Of a stretch of 64,000 bases of DNA, positions 13,194 through 24,134 are shown piece by piece. Position 1 is the first letter of the stretch; every line of letters begins with the position of its first letter. Origin of the DNA: Podarcis bocagei (taxonomy: Eukaryota); the NCBI GenBank assembly GCA_964188305.1, contig OZ076887.1; one strand, written 5' to 3'. Under the pieces are notes generated by a model. It had not been told where the DNA came from and searched no databases. It saw nothing but the letters and a program-made list of their open reading frames with translations. The translations under genes were made by a program, and so were the position numbers.

Positions 13194-16100
13194 TTGGACA
13201 AAGAGAAACTGCAAATGTGATTCTAAAAGAAGAGCCAGCTGAAAATATGGAGACCAAGCCAGCAGAATCACCCGATAAATCTAACATAGATGTGGAACAG
13301 AAAGATGCAGAAGATGCTGATCAGCAATTGCCATCAGAAGAAGAAAAAGTGGAAGAGCAGGCAGAACCTGGTGAATCTCCATCAGCAAATGATGTTGGAT
13401 TTAAAAAAGTTTTTAAGTTCGTTGGATTCAAATTTACCGTCAGAAAGGAAAAGACTGAAAAAGCAGAACCTGTTCAGTTGCTGAATGTGAAAGCAGATGA
13501 GACAGAAGTGCTATCGGAAGGAGCTGGAGATTGTAAAGAAATCAGGCTAGATACAGTGGAGGAGGAAACACAAAGTGAGGTGCCCTACCCTGTAGAAAAG
13601 ACTGAGCAAGAAACTCAGACTGAGCAGACAAAAGAAGTAATTTCTCCTGAAAAGGTAACAGAAGGTCCTGTTGAAGCAGGAAGCAAGGAGACCGAGATTA
13701 AAAGTGATGGTAGCAAGTCTCCAGAGTCTCCAACAAGTCCATTAACTAATGAAACAGCATCACCCCTAAGAAAGTTCTTTACCCAGGGTTGGGCTGGGTT
13801 TAGGAAAAGGACAAGTTTCAGGAAACCTAAAGAAGAAGAACAGCAGGCCACTGAGAGAGAAATGCAGGAGCAAGAAAAAGGAGTGATAAAAGAGGAAGCC
13901 ACTCCCACTGAAGAATCAGAAAAAGAAAAACCCATACCAGAAAAAGAGAAGGCAGAAGTGTCTATAGAAGCCAGTGATGCTATAGTAGAAAGAGAAGAAA
14001 CAAAAATGATAGATGTCTCAACAGAAACACATAAGGAGGAAGCTGTTGCTGCCTTTGAACAGCCATCACCACAAATGTCTGCTGAAAGTGTAGACATAGA
14101 ACCCAGTAAAAGCTTGAATAAAATTGACTTTGAGAACTTGGAACCTGCACAAAAATGTCAAATGGCCCTGGAGCATAGCCCTCTTGCATCATCTGAGAAA
14201 AAATCTGAACTAGCAGCTCCTTTGGCAACTGAAGTATTTGAAGAAAAAACAGATCAGTCTGCACCAACTTCTCCAATGCCTATAGAAACACCTGAGGAGC
14301 ATTTTGAAATAGTTGAAGCCATATCTGAACCGAAGGCTCCTCTGGCAACGGAAAATTTTGATGACAGACCCACAGAGATATGCACTGATGTTAGCACTAC
14401 TGTGGAGAAGAAAGAACCAAAACCAACTGAAAAATCAAAACTTGTTCTTGAACAGTTCGTTGAAACTGATGTTGAGATTAAAGGACAAGCCACTGATGAA
14501 CAGCTAAAAGTCAAAGAAAGCTTGGTTGAACTAGCAAATGAGCCACTCAAGCAAACTGAACCAAGCAGTGGAGATTCAGCAACAATCAAACCTCTAGAAG
14601 TCATTACAAATGAAGTTGAATTACTTTCATCTCAAGAAAGAGCCAAGTTACAAGGCAGCCCCCTAAAAAAGCTTTTTACAAGTTCAAGCTTAAAGAAGTT
14701 GTCAGCAAAGAAACATAAAGGAAGAAGAGAAGAAGCTAAGCTAGGGGAAGCAGCAGAACAAGCACAGCAGTTGTCTGATTCTGCAGAAAGTCCAGAAGAT
14801 CCAAGAGCAGAAAGCTCTGCTTCTTCCCCTGAAGAAACAACAGAATCTGTAGGAAAAGTTACAGATGCAGCACAGACCACTGAAACGGAAGATGGTTCTA
14901 CTTCAGATATGGAGAGGAAAAGAGACATTGTTACACCTTGGGCATCATTTAAAAAAATGGTGACTCCTAAGAAACGGGTCAGGAGGCTTTCTGAAAGTGA
15001 TAAGGAAGAAGAGCTTGAGAAGGCAAAAACTGCTACTCTATCTTCAACTGAAAGTGCACCTTGTGAAGAGCAGGATGATATAAAAGAAAATGTTGAGGAA
15101 CAGAAATTAGAAAAAAGCATAGATGAGCCCAAGAGAAAGGTTGATACTTCTGTATCATGGGAAGCCTTAATTTGTGTAGGTTCATCTAAGAAAAGAACCA
15201 GAAAATCATCAACTTCTGATGAAGAGGTAGGACAAAGACTTGCTCAAGAAGGACAGAAAATAGATGAAAATGGGCCCAATAAAGAAACAGCACCAAGCAT
15301 GACCATTACTAGCTCACAAGAAAGTGATCAAGGACAAGGAGGTTTTTCACCAGAACAAGCTGGAAGCCCATCTGAAGGTGAGGGAGTTTCAACATGGGAG
15401 TCCTTTAAAAGACTAGTAACCCCAAGAAGAAAATCTAAAACAAAAATGGAAGAGAGAAATGAAGAATCTTCCACAGCTCCAAGTTTAGAACATTATACTT
15501 CAGATGGAGAGTCTGGAAAGGAAGAATCATGGGTTTCATTTAAAAAACTAATGCCTGGTCGTAGGAAGAAGAAGTCAGATGGAATACCAGAACATGCTCC
15601 TGTTCAGGAAGCTGGAGAAGAAATGACTGAAATCCATGAGGACGACTCTGATGTTCCAGCCGTTGTTCCTTTATCAGAGTATGATGCTGCTGAACAAGAG
15701 AAGTTTGAAGCTCAAAAGGCAAAACAAGATGATTTAACTAAGAAAACTTCAGACCAGTCAGAAAGTACTTTGATTATTGAGCAGTCCAATGAAGGACTAG
15801 TTCATGCAGTTACTGTCACAATGGTAGAAGGAGAGAGAGCAGTTACAAGTATTGAAGAAAGATCACCATCTTGGATATCGGCTGCTGTGACAGAGTCCAT
15901 TGAACATGCAAAGGAAGATGAAGAGAAACATATTGATCAGATCTCTGAAACTGGAATTGTGGAAGAAATGGTGGTGGTTACTAAAGTCATGCCAGAAATT
16001 CAAAAGGAGTTTAGCGGTGACACACTAACCTCAGAAGCAATCACAGCCAGAGAAGAAACTTCAGGTGTTGAAGAAACAGCTGAAGTATCCTGTGCTGAAG

Positions 16101-19100
16101 AGACAACGGAAATGGTTTCAGCAGTTTCAAGGCTAACTGAGTCCCCCGATACAACAGAAATAGTAACACCTGTGCAGGAGGTAGAGGAAAGCCAGCAAAA
16201 CCTAGAAGAACTAAATAAACAAACACAGGAAATTCTGCAAGAAGTTGCTGAAAGAGTTAAATTGTCCAGCGAAGCACAGGAAACAATTCTGCCTGAGAAA
16301 ATAGAGAAAACAGGGCAAGAAACTACTATCATATTTCAAGAGGCAGAACCACCCTCAAAGGAAGAACCACAGAAGACAGATATCCAAGTTAGTGAAAGTA
16401 GTCAAAGTCAAGATGAAGCTAAAGAAAGTAGTTCGAAGGAAGCGCTGGAGAAGAGTAATGACATTTGTGTAGAGGTGAAGGAAAGCTCGAAAGAAAGTGT
16501 TAGCTTGGATAAGACTGATGAGAGTCATGATTCAAAGATTGAACAAGAAATTGTTCAAGAAATCATTGAAAAACAGGCTGCTGAAGAGGAAGGATTTGTC
16601 ATTATCACAGTAACCCCTGAAGAAGGGCCAGAAGTAAATGTTGGTGACTTGGTAAAGGAAGCCAAAACAAATTTAAAAGATGCAGTTGAAGGTGGGATTA
16701 CAGATACTGGTCGAGCAGTTGATGAACTGGCAAAAATATCACATGAAGAGAAGCCTCAGTTCTCCCAGAAACTTGAACAAGTGGTGAACACCATACCTGA
16801 CTTGGAAGCTAAATTAGTAACTGCTGCAGATGAGGTAAAAGCCCCTGTGCAAAAAGAAATAAAAGAAGCTGAGCCTCCGTGTGCTGAAGTTTTTGTGCTT
16901 GAGGCACCCATCCAGAGCAAGATAACTGAAGTTCCAGTGCAGAATGCAGTAACTGAAGTCAGTGACCTAGGTATGGCCAAACATGCCACACTTGGCTTAC
17001 TACCAGGAAGCACAGAGAATGTTGTAGTTGAGGCCTGCATCCAGAACAAAGACACAGAGGTTTCTTTGGTAACTGAGACCCATGTACAGAAGGTGGAACC
17101 CAAGGGCCAACTACAGAAACCAGAAACCAATATTTCTATGGTAAATGAGAAACTTGAACCTCTCCATGCTGAGACTGTAGAAGAAGACTTGCCCACAAGA
17201 AAGGTGGAAGTGGAGGTCCACAAGCAGAATGCAGAGACTGAGACCCATAAGCAGAGTGTAGAAACAGATGGCCATGTCAAAGAGGTGGAAATGAAGTTCC
17301 TTGAAGAGAGGGTAGAAGCAGAGAAGGCAGGATTAAAGGAGGACTTGGAGCTTCCCACAAAGGCTGAAGCAGTGTCCCCCTCAGAAAAAGAAGTGGAGGA
17401 ACATATAAAAGACACAGAAGCACAGATCTCTACAGAAAAGGCACATGCAAAGTTGGAGGCAGATGCCTGCACAGAGAAAGTAGATGTGAAGGCAGATGTA
17501 GAAAAGGTGGAAGTTGAGATTTCCAAAACACAGATGGAAGTACAGACCTCCACGGACAAGGGGGAATCAGAGGCTCCCTCAGAGATTATGAAAGTGGAGG
17601 ACCCTATAGAAAAGACAAAAGCTGCAGCAGAAGAATCAAATGCACCTGTTTGTGTGGAGGCCATCACAGTGAAGCCAGATGTGAAGGTGCAAGCAGAGGT
17701 TCCTATAGAGAAGGCAGAAACAGTGGCCTCATCAGATCAGCTAGATGAAAAGCTGGATATGGAAACTCCTGTAGAGAAGGTGGATATAGAGTCTGCTGTA
17801 GAGATTGCCAAGGAAAAGAGTGAAGTTGAGGTTCCTGCAAAGAAGTTGGATGCAGAGGACTCCGCAAAGAAGGCAAAAGTGGCATCCTCTGTAGAAAAAG
17901 CAGAAGGTGATACTATTCTTAAAGAGAAAACAGAAGCCCCCATAGAGAAGGCAGCCATCAAGGCTGGTGTGGAGGTCTTTGCAGAGAAGGAGGATGCAAA
18001 AGTGGAAGTGAAATTTCCTTCTGAGAAGGTGCATAAGGAGGTCTTTTCAGAACAGTCAGAAGAAATTATGGAAGCAGAAACCACTGCCACCAAACAGCAA
18101 GAAGTAAAAGAGATCCTGAAGAATGTGGAGAATGAGGTCAGTTTCAACTCTGAGGTTGAAGATACTTCAGATTCCCTAGCAACATCTGTTGAGATAATTT
18201 ATGATAAAGCCTCTGTAATTAGTGACAAGACTGAAGCTCCTGAGCAGACGGAAATGCAAGATGTTTCCCTTTCCTCAGAATTAAAATGTTTTGATGCAGT
18301 TGTTACTGAGGAGCTTTCAAATAACGAAGTAAAAGATGACTCTCCCCTAGTAAAAACACCAACAGAGCAAGCTGTAGCTGAGAGATCTGTGGAAAGGGGA
18401 CTAGTTGAAGTCTCCACACCTGATCAAAATGCAGTGGATGTCATCCAGAAGGATGTAGCAGACGCCAGCCATACCTTGAAATTGGAAGGCACAGAAGGAA
18501 TTGCGGTTGACGTTCCAGAAAGTAATGAACTGAAGGATGTCACACTTGTAACTGCAACTGAAGGATCTGTGCAGAATGAAAAGGAAGATGCACTTACTTT
18601 GGGATCAAAACACACTGAGGCTGAGTTAATAGAGGACAGCACTGTGAAAAGTGAGGCAACTGTGGATTCTGTGAAAAAAGAGGTTGAAAACATAGAGCTA
18701 ACAACTGAAGAGAAATTCACAGGAACTGTAGCAACTGAAGCAGTAAAGACCAAAGTTGGAGACACTCTCATCTCTGACTCTGGTGCTTTATCAGATGTCA
18801 TCTCAGAAAAGAAAGGAGAGAGTTCTGTCACAGAAGGCAGTGAAGCAGGTATAAATGGCGTTTGTGTACAGAGTGAAGTGTGTCCTCGTAAATTGCCCCT
18901 GGAAACAGTCTTTCCACTTCCACAATCTGCCACAATTTCAGATAGCTCTGAGAGAAGGCAAGCATTGTCGGAGAAGGTGCTAGTAACAGAAACAGAAATA
19001 TCAACAGGGAAAATTAAACTTGCTGATGCTGATGCACTTGGTGCAGCTCCAGTGCAGCAAGAAATGTTCACTGAGCAGAAGGAGGTTATCACCACTGACA

Positions 19101-20293
19101 TTCCTGAAGTACAAAGTTATGGAGTTCATAAATCCTCTGTAACAGTAACAGCTGCAACAGCCGAAGAACAAGTTATTGCAGAGAATGTCACAGTTACGGA
19201 AACATTAACTGAAAACCTGCAGTCTGTCCTAGAGGAGCCAAAAGAAACCACGTTCAAAACAGTCCAGCAGGTGAGCTTTGCTCAACCAGGACTTGAGGCT
19301 CTAGGTACTGATAAGGATACAGTGTCATGGTCTGGGAAAGCAAATTCAGTGGTAGAGGAGGCAGTTTTAGCAGCAGTAACATGCACCAAAGATGATTTGA
19401 TCCAGAAGTCTGTATTGGATTCCAGCCCAGAAATGAAGCTTCAGAGATTAGAATCAAGTCAAGAAGGTGAAAAAAAGACACCTCCAGAAAGAAGCCCCTC
19501 TTTAACTCATATAGAATTTCAAAAAGATGTGGTTCAATCGGTGACTATAGAGTCACAGAGTACAAAAATTGTGCTGAAAATCATCCAGAATGCTGTTGAT
19601 ACATTGGAGGAAACAGAAGAGTTGCCATCTGTGTCAAAGCAACAGAGTGAGCCATTTTTAAAGAGTGTAAATAAATCTGAAATTCAGGAAAGTTTGCAGA
19701 CTGGTCAGATTCTTCCTGTAAAAGGCAGAGGAGAGAAAAATCTAGAGATCCAGCCATCAACTATAATTTTAACTCAATCTGCAGAGAATCAAGAGGCCTT
19801 CAAAGTGGCAGAAGAAATGCATTTTGCATCTGATAAATCCGAAGACGCTAAAATGAAACTGATGTTGCAGCCAGATGAACGATCAGGCACTGTGACAACA
19901 CTAGCACAAGACCCTCAATCTCTGAATGAAATTGTGAAAGAAATTAAGCAAGAGACAGATTTCCAGAAAGAAAATGGTGAACCAAAGCTGCATTCTGCAG
20001 GGGATATAGCCACTCCAACAGAGATTCAGAGACCAGCAGTAGAAGATACTGCCTCAGGAGATCTACCCAAAGAGTCACTTGAAGTGGCCCAACCAAGGCT
20101 GACGGATGTAGAAGCTGGGCAGACTGTTCAGATCCAACAGCAGTTTATAGAACAACAAACACCTGTGAAAAACAAAGATGACCACAGCCAATCAACAGGA
20201 TTCGTGGAGACATACACAGAGAAAGATGTAAATAATCAAGACTACACCATCAGTGAGAGTCCACAGCTAAGCTTAGAGCTCACTGAATCCTGA
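13194..20293 (+). CDS. AKAP12: AKAP12 large coding exon (A-kinase anchor protein 12 / gravin / SSeCKS)
   Basis: Acceptor ctcctacag|TTGGACAAAGA. Contains the basic motif GFKKVFKFVGFKFTV, three WSK motifs (TPWASFKKMVTPKKR, STWESFKRLVTPRRK, ESWVSFKKLMPGRRK) and a PKA-RII docking helix IESQSTKIVLKIIQNAVDTL (~19547-19606). C-terminus ...ELTES*; donor T|gtaagt at 20301/20302. Confidence 0.96.
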
Positions 20294-21728
20294 GGTTTAA
20301 TGTAAGTATCTACTATTTAAATTCAGAATAATTAACTATTTTCAGTGGCTTTTTAAGCTAGATAACTGAGCTAGATAACTTGCTATCAGAACTACAAATT
20401 GTGGTCAAATATTTCATTGTCAAATGGCTTAGAACAGGTTTTCAGTTTCTTGTTTGAGAGACTGTACTTAGTATTTAGTATTTTTTTAAGAAATATCTCT
20501 TAAGCTGTCTTTTGCATTCAATTGAACTTCAGAATTTAACTTTGTTCCAGGTAACAAGTTTCCCTAATATGCAGGCTCTTTATGGGACAAAGCTTGACTC
20601 CTCATGCATATGCTTGTCTTCATATGGCCTGGTTAGTGCCTAATGGCGCGATGGGAGCAAAACAACTGGTTTTCTAAATGTGCACCAGCATGCTTGCTTG
20701 CTCATACTAACCCATTTTTTTTTGGCCTAGAACTATGTGTGAACTAAGCCTGTGAAGATCCATTATTTTGCCATCACTTTCAAAGGATATTCTTTAAAAG
20801 AACAGTGAAACCTAGAGGAGGAGGCCTTCACACAACTTAAAGCCATATACAGCTGTGGCTGAACAGGAAATGTTCATTTCTGTAATTACAACAGATGGCT
20901 TTATGGCATTGGCCTAGTCTGTTGTCCCCCCGAATGATGCAGCAGGTTAACAGGATATATTCAGAGCCCCAATTTTACTCGGGTTTGTAGAAGCAACTTG
21001 AGTCTCTTACCCCTTTATTAAGGTGGTCTGAAACTCTTCTTACCATAAGGTTCCTGTGAGGCTTAACTGTACAGTTTTAATCGCTACCCAAGCTTTTTTT
21101 ATATACACTTTTCCCTCGCCCTAGGATATATCCAGTGACCAGCACCATGTAGTTGCTCCACTCACAATGCTGTTTTAGCTGTCCCCACCTTAAATCTTAT
21201 CTGCTGTGGCTGGGCCTGTATTTGCTGCTGTGTGTTCTTGCCTCTCCTCCGCCATCCCACATATTGCCTTATATGCAGGTGGGAGCTGAGTCAGCATCTT
21301 CAGGCTGTTCCTGCAGCCATACCACGTCCTCTCTAGCACAATAATCAGATCTAGTAAGATAGCAGCCAAGGCTGTTCCTGGCTACCTCCCAATAGGTTTC
21401 TTAATGTAAAAAGAGGAGTCAACCGCACATTCCTCAGCTGTGCTTAGAGCATACCTATCACAAGCAAACTATCGGACAAATCGAAACACCGATTAAAGCT
21501 AATCACTGCTTGCCTGCTTCTTTTGCTTACCGACTACTGCAGGGAAGATGAACCTGTGGTTGTCCAGTGGTTATTGGAGTTCCGTTCCTTCAGTTTCAGC
21601 CAGCATGGTGAAATACCAAGTAAGGGTTGTACAGTAGTCCGACATTTGGATGGCCACAGGTTTCCCACCTTTGCACCACTGCATTCTCCTTTTTTCTGGC
21701 AAGGGAAAGTTAACAATTCAGCCTTATA

Positions 21729-21864
21729 CAGGCTTCCTCAAACTCGGCCCTCCAGATGTTTTTGGCCTGCAACTCCCATGATCCCTAGCTAGCAGGACCA
21801 GTAGTCAGGGATGATGGGGATTGTCTTCTCAAAACATCTGGAGGGCCGAGTTTGAGGAAGCCTG
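21729..21864. mobile_element. hAT-type MITE
   Basis: 34-bp perfect TIR CAGGCTTCCTCAAACTCGGCCCTCCAGATGTTTT; perfect 8-bp TSD GCCTTATA. Confidence 0.92.
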
Positions 21865-21900
21865 GCCTTATAGCTGGGTGTTGGAGGCAGGAATAAATTA

Positions 21901-22108
21901 CAGTGGTACCTTGGGTTAAGTACTTAATTCATTCCAGAGGTCCGTTCTTAACCTGAAGACCACTTTAGCTGATGGGGCCTCCTGCTGCTACCGTGCTGCT
22001 GGAGCACGATTTCTGTTCTCATCCTGAAGCAACATTCTTAACCCCAGGTACTATTTCTGGGTTAGCAGAGTCTGTAACCTGAAGTGTATGTAACCTGAGG
22101 TACCATTG
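21901..22108. mobile_element. Tigger/pogo-like MITE, family B
   Basis: TA|CAGTGGTACCTTGGGTTA...TAACCTGAGGTACCATTG|TA; homologous to 57441-57655. Confidence 0.85.
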
Positions 22109-22459
22109 TACGCTGCTTATGTCATGAGATTTTGCTAACTTTTCCAAGCTGAAAAACACATCGTTAGCCCCTTTTTAATGCTACCTTAGGTTGGTGAACG
22201 CTTAGTCTGTCCTGCCTTTAAGGGCTTATGACTGAGTCATCTCCAGCCTGGGCAGTTTCCCACATAGTTCCACTGTTGCCAGCCGCTGCATAGCAGCAGC
22301 ATGCTTAACTACTGACTGCTTCCATTGATGTGGCATCTAGTTTTGGTTCATGATGTGCATAGAAAAAATCTATTATAATATGATGGTACTGCCATCTCTC
22401 TGGATAAAAGGCTCGGGCTGCAATATTTTGTTGATTTTTCTTTACTTCTGTTTCCACAG

Positions 22460-23710
22460 TTCTGGAAAAGTTTTGTCTTTATATTTGGAGGGACCAGTTC
22501 CTGAAGCAGCAGCAGAAGATAATGGATTCTGTTTAATTGGGTTGGAGGTCACTGATTTGGAACAGAGAACAGATGTCTGATGTCATTCTGAGAAATATAC
22601 CTGACAATCCTGAGATACCATCAGGAGCTTGAACCGTCGTCTTTTACTATTGATTGTCAACACTTGCTCTTCACAATATTCTTTTATATTTTTTTGCTGA
22701 TGAGTTGGAGTGGGGGGCAGAAAGTGTTAACTTTTGCTGAAATGACGTCCATACCTTAACCTGGGAAGGAAGTTGGCATCTTTTAAGCTCCCCATTTTAT
22801 CAGTGCTTCCAAAACTGGATTGTAATTCTTTGTGTATTTATGTGTATATCTTCAAGCAAAATCCAATTTTAATGTATATTTCCTCCTCTTTATATGTGGA
22901 AAGAAAAAGAAAGAAAGAGAATGAAAGAAAATGATCTCACTTGTCTCACCCAGTAAAGAAACAATATATGTGACCAATAGGGAAGAATTGTGAGTGAGCT
23001 ACAGTTGGCCACAGATAGATCAGAATACATATGCATTGGCTTTCCATGGTGTAGAATGGTGTGAGAACCATGTTTAATGTTGTATTGGGTCTTGATTTGG
23101 TACAAGTCATACTCAAAAGACATAGTTTTGCTTTGGAATAGTTGTGTTACTGGTTTACTAAACAGGACTTTATTTTCCATCACCTTTTATAAGCATGGCA
23201 CTATGGCATTGTGTGTTGAAAATATGTCAGTTACATTCAAATGGAGAGTTAGGTGTACTTAAAAAGAAAGATTTCAGTGTACTTAAGCCTTCCTAAGTCT
23301 GCACTGACTTTCACATTTATCTGAGTACAGTTTAATTCTAAGGGAAAGTGGAAAGTCTTTAGAAGCCAGACAAATAAATAGCCCCATCAATGTTTCTTCG
23401 GCCTTCCCTTAGTCCATTTAAGAAACTGTCATACCATCATAACTTTAGGCAAATGCTGAACTGGTTTGAAGCTATCAAGAAAAATAAAGATGGTTCAATT
23501 TTTAGCGTAACATTTAATGCTCTCCTGTTTTTGGAACATCCATGTCATGAAGTAAGACAATTTATTTTCAAAAGGTTTTTGATGAGTAAAGGATTATGTT
23601 TGCTCTATATGTGTGTCCCCTCAGTAGGAAAGTATATTTCATTATGCTTGTGTACATTTAGAAAACTCTGATTTCTGAAAAGTGATTTAAACAAAAATTT
23701 GGCTTATACT
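22460..23710 (+). other. AKAP12: AKAP12 non-coding terminal exon (3' UTR); 3' end approximate
   Basis: Acceptor tttacttctgtttccacag|TT at 22459/22460 followed by AT-rich UTR-like sequence. The mammalian gene also has a purely 3'-UTR last exon. AATAAA occurs at 23373 and 24254; the true end is uncertain. Confidence 0.6.
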
Positions 23711-24115
23711 GAGCTTATACTGAGCTCTTAATTAATAATTTTAAAAGCCCCAGAATTTAGGAAACATTGAGCAGGAGTCACTCTTCTGTTTTGTTAATGG
23801 AGAATTGCAGAGTTTAGTACTGGTCAGTATAGATTGTGCATAAAACTGGGCAGGCTTGAAATGCTAAATAATTGAAAGATAATTAAAATATTCAAAGCAT
23901 CTAGTGTTTGATCTTCTAGACACCAAACATGTCTAGCAGGTCAAGTTATATTGCACTTTGTAGCCTTCGTACCTGTCTCAGCTGTGTCTTGCATGGCTCA
24001 GCAGCTTCATTGTCCTACATGTATAGTAATTTATTTGGAAATTATCTACGTGAGCCAAATAAGACCTTTGGGGAGCTGCACAATGAGTAAAGAAAGAAAA
24101 CTGTCACTGGTCTAA

Positions 24116-24134
24116 TAGTACCATCTAGTGGTTG
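24116..24134 (-). promoter_or_regulatory. Candidate CTCF site between the convergent AKAP12 and ZBTB2 3' ends
   Basis: Minus strand CAACCACTAGATGGTACTA closely fits the CTCF core CCASYAGRKGGCRS. Confidence 0.5.

Noticed and set aside
13615-19481. Long minus-strand ORFs (up to 303 aa) opposite AKAP12
   Set aside because: Antisense shadows of a biased-codon exon; S/T/F-rich with no recognisable domain.
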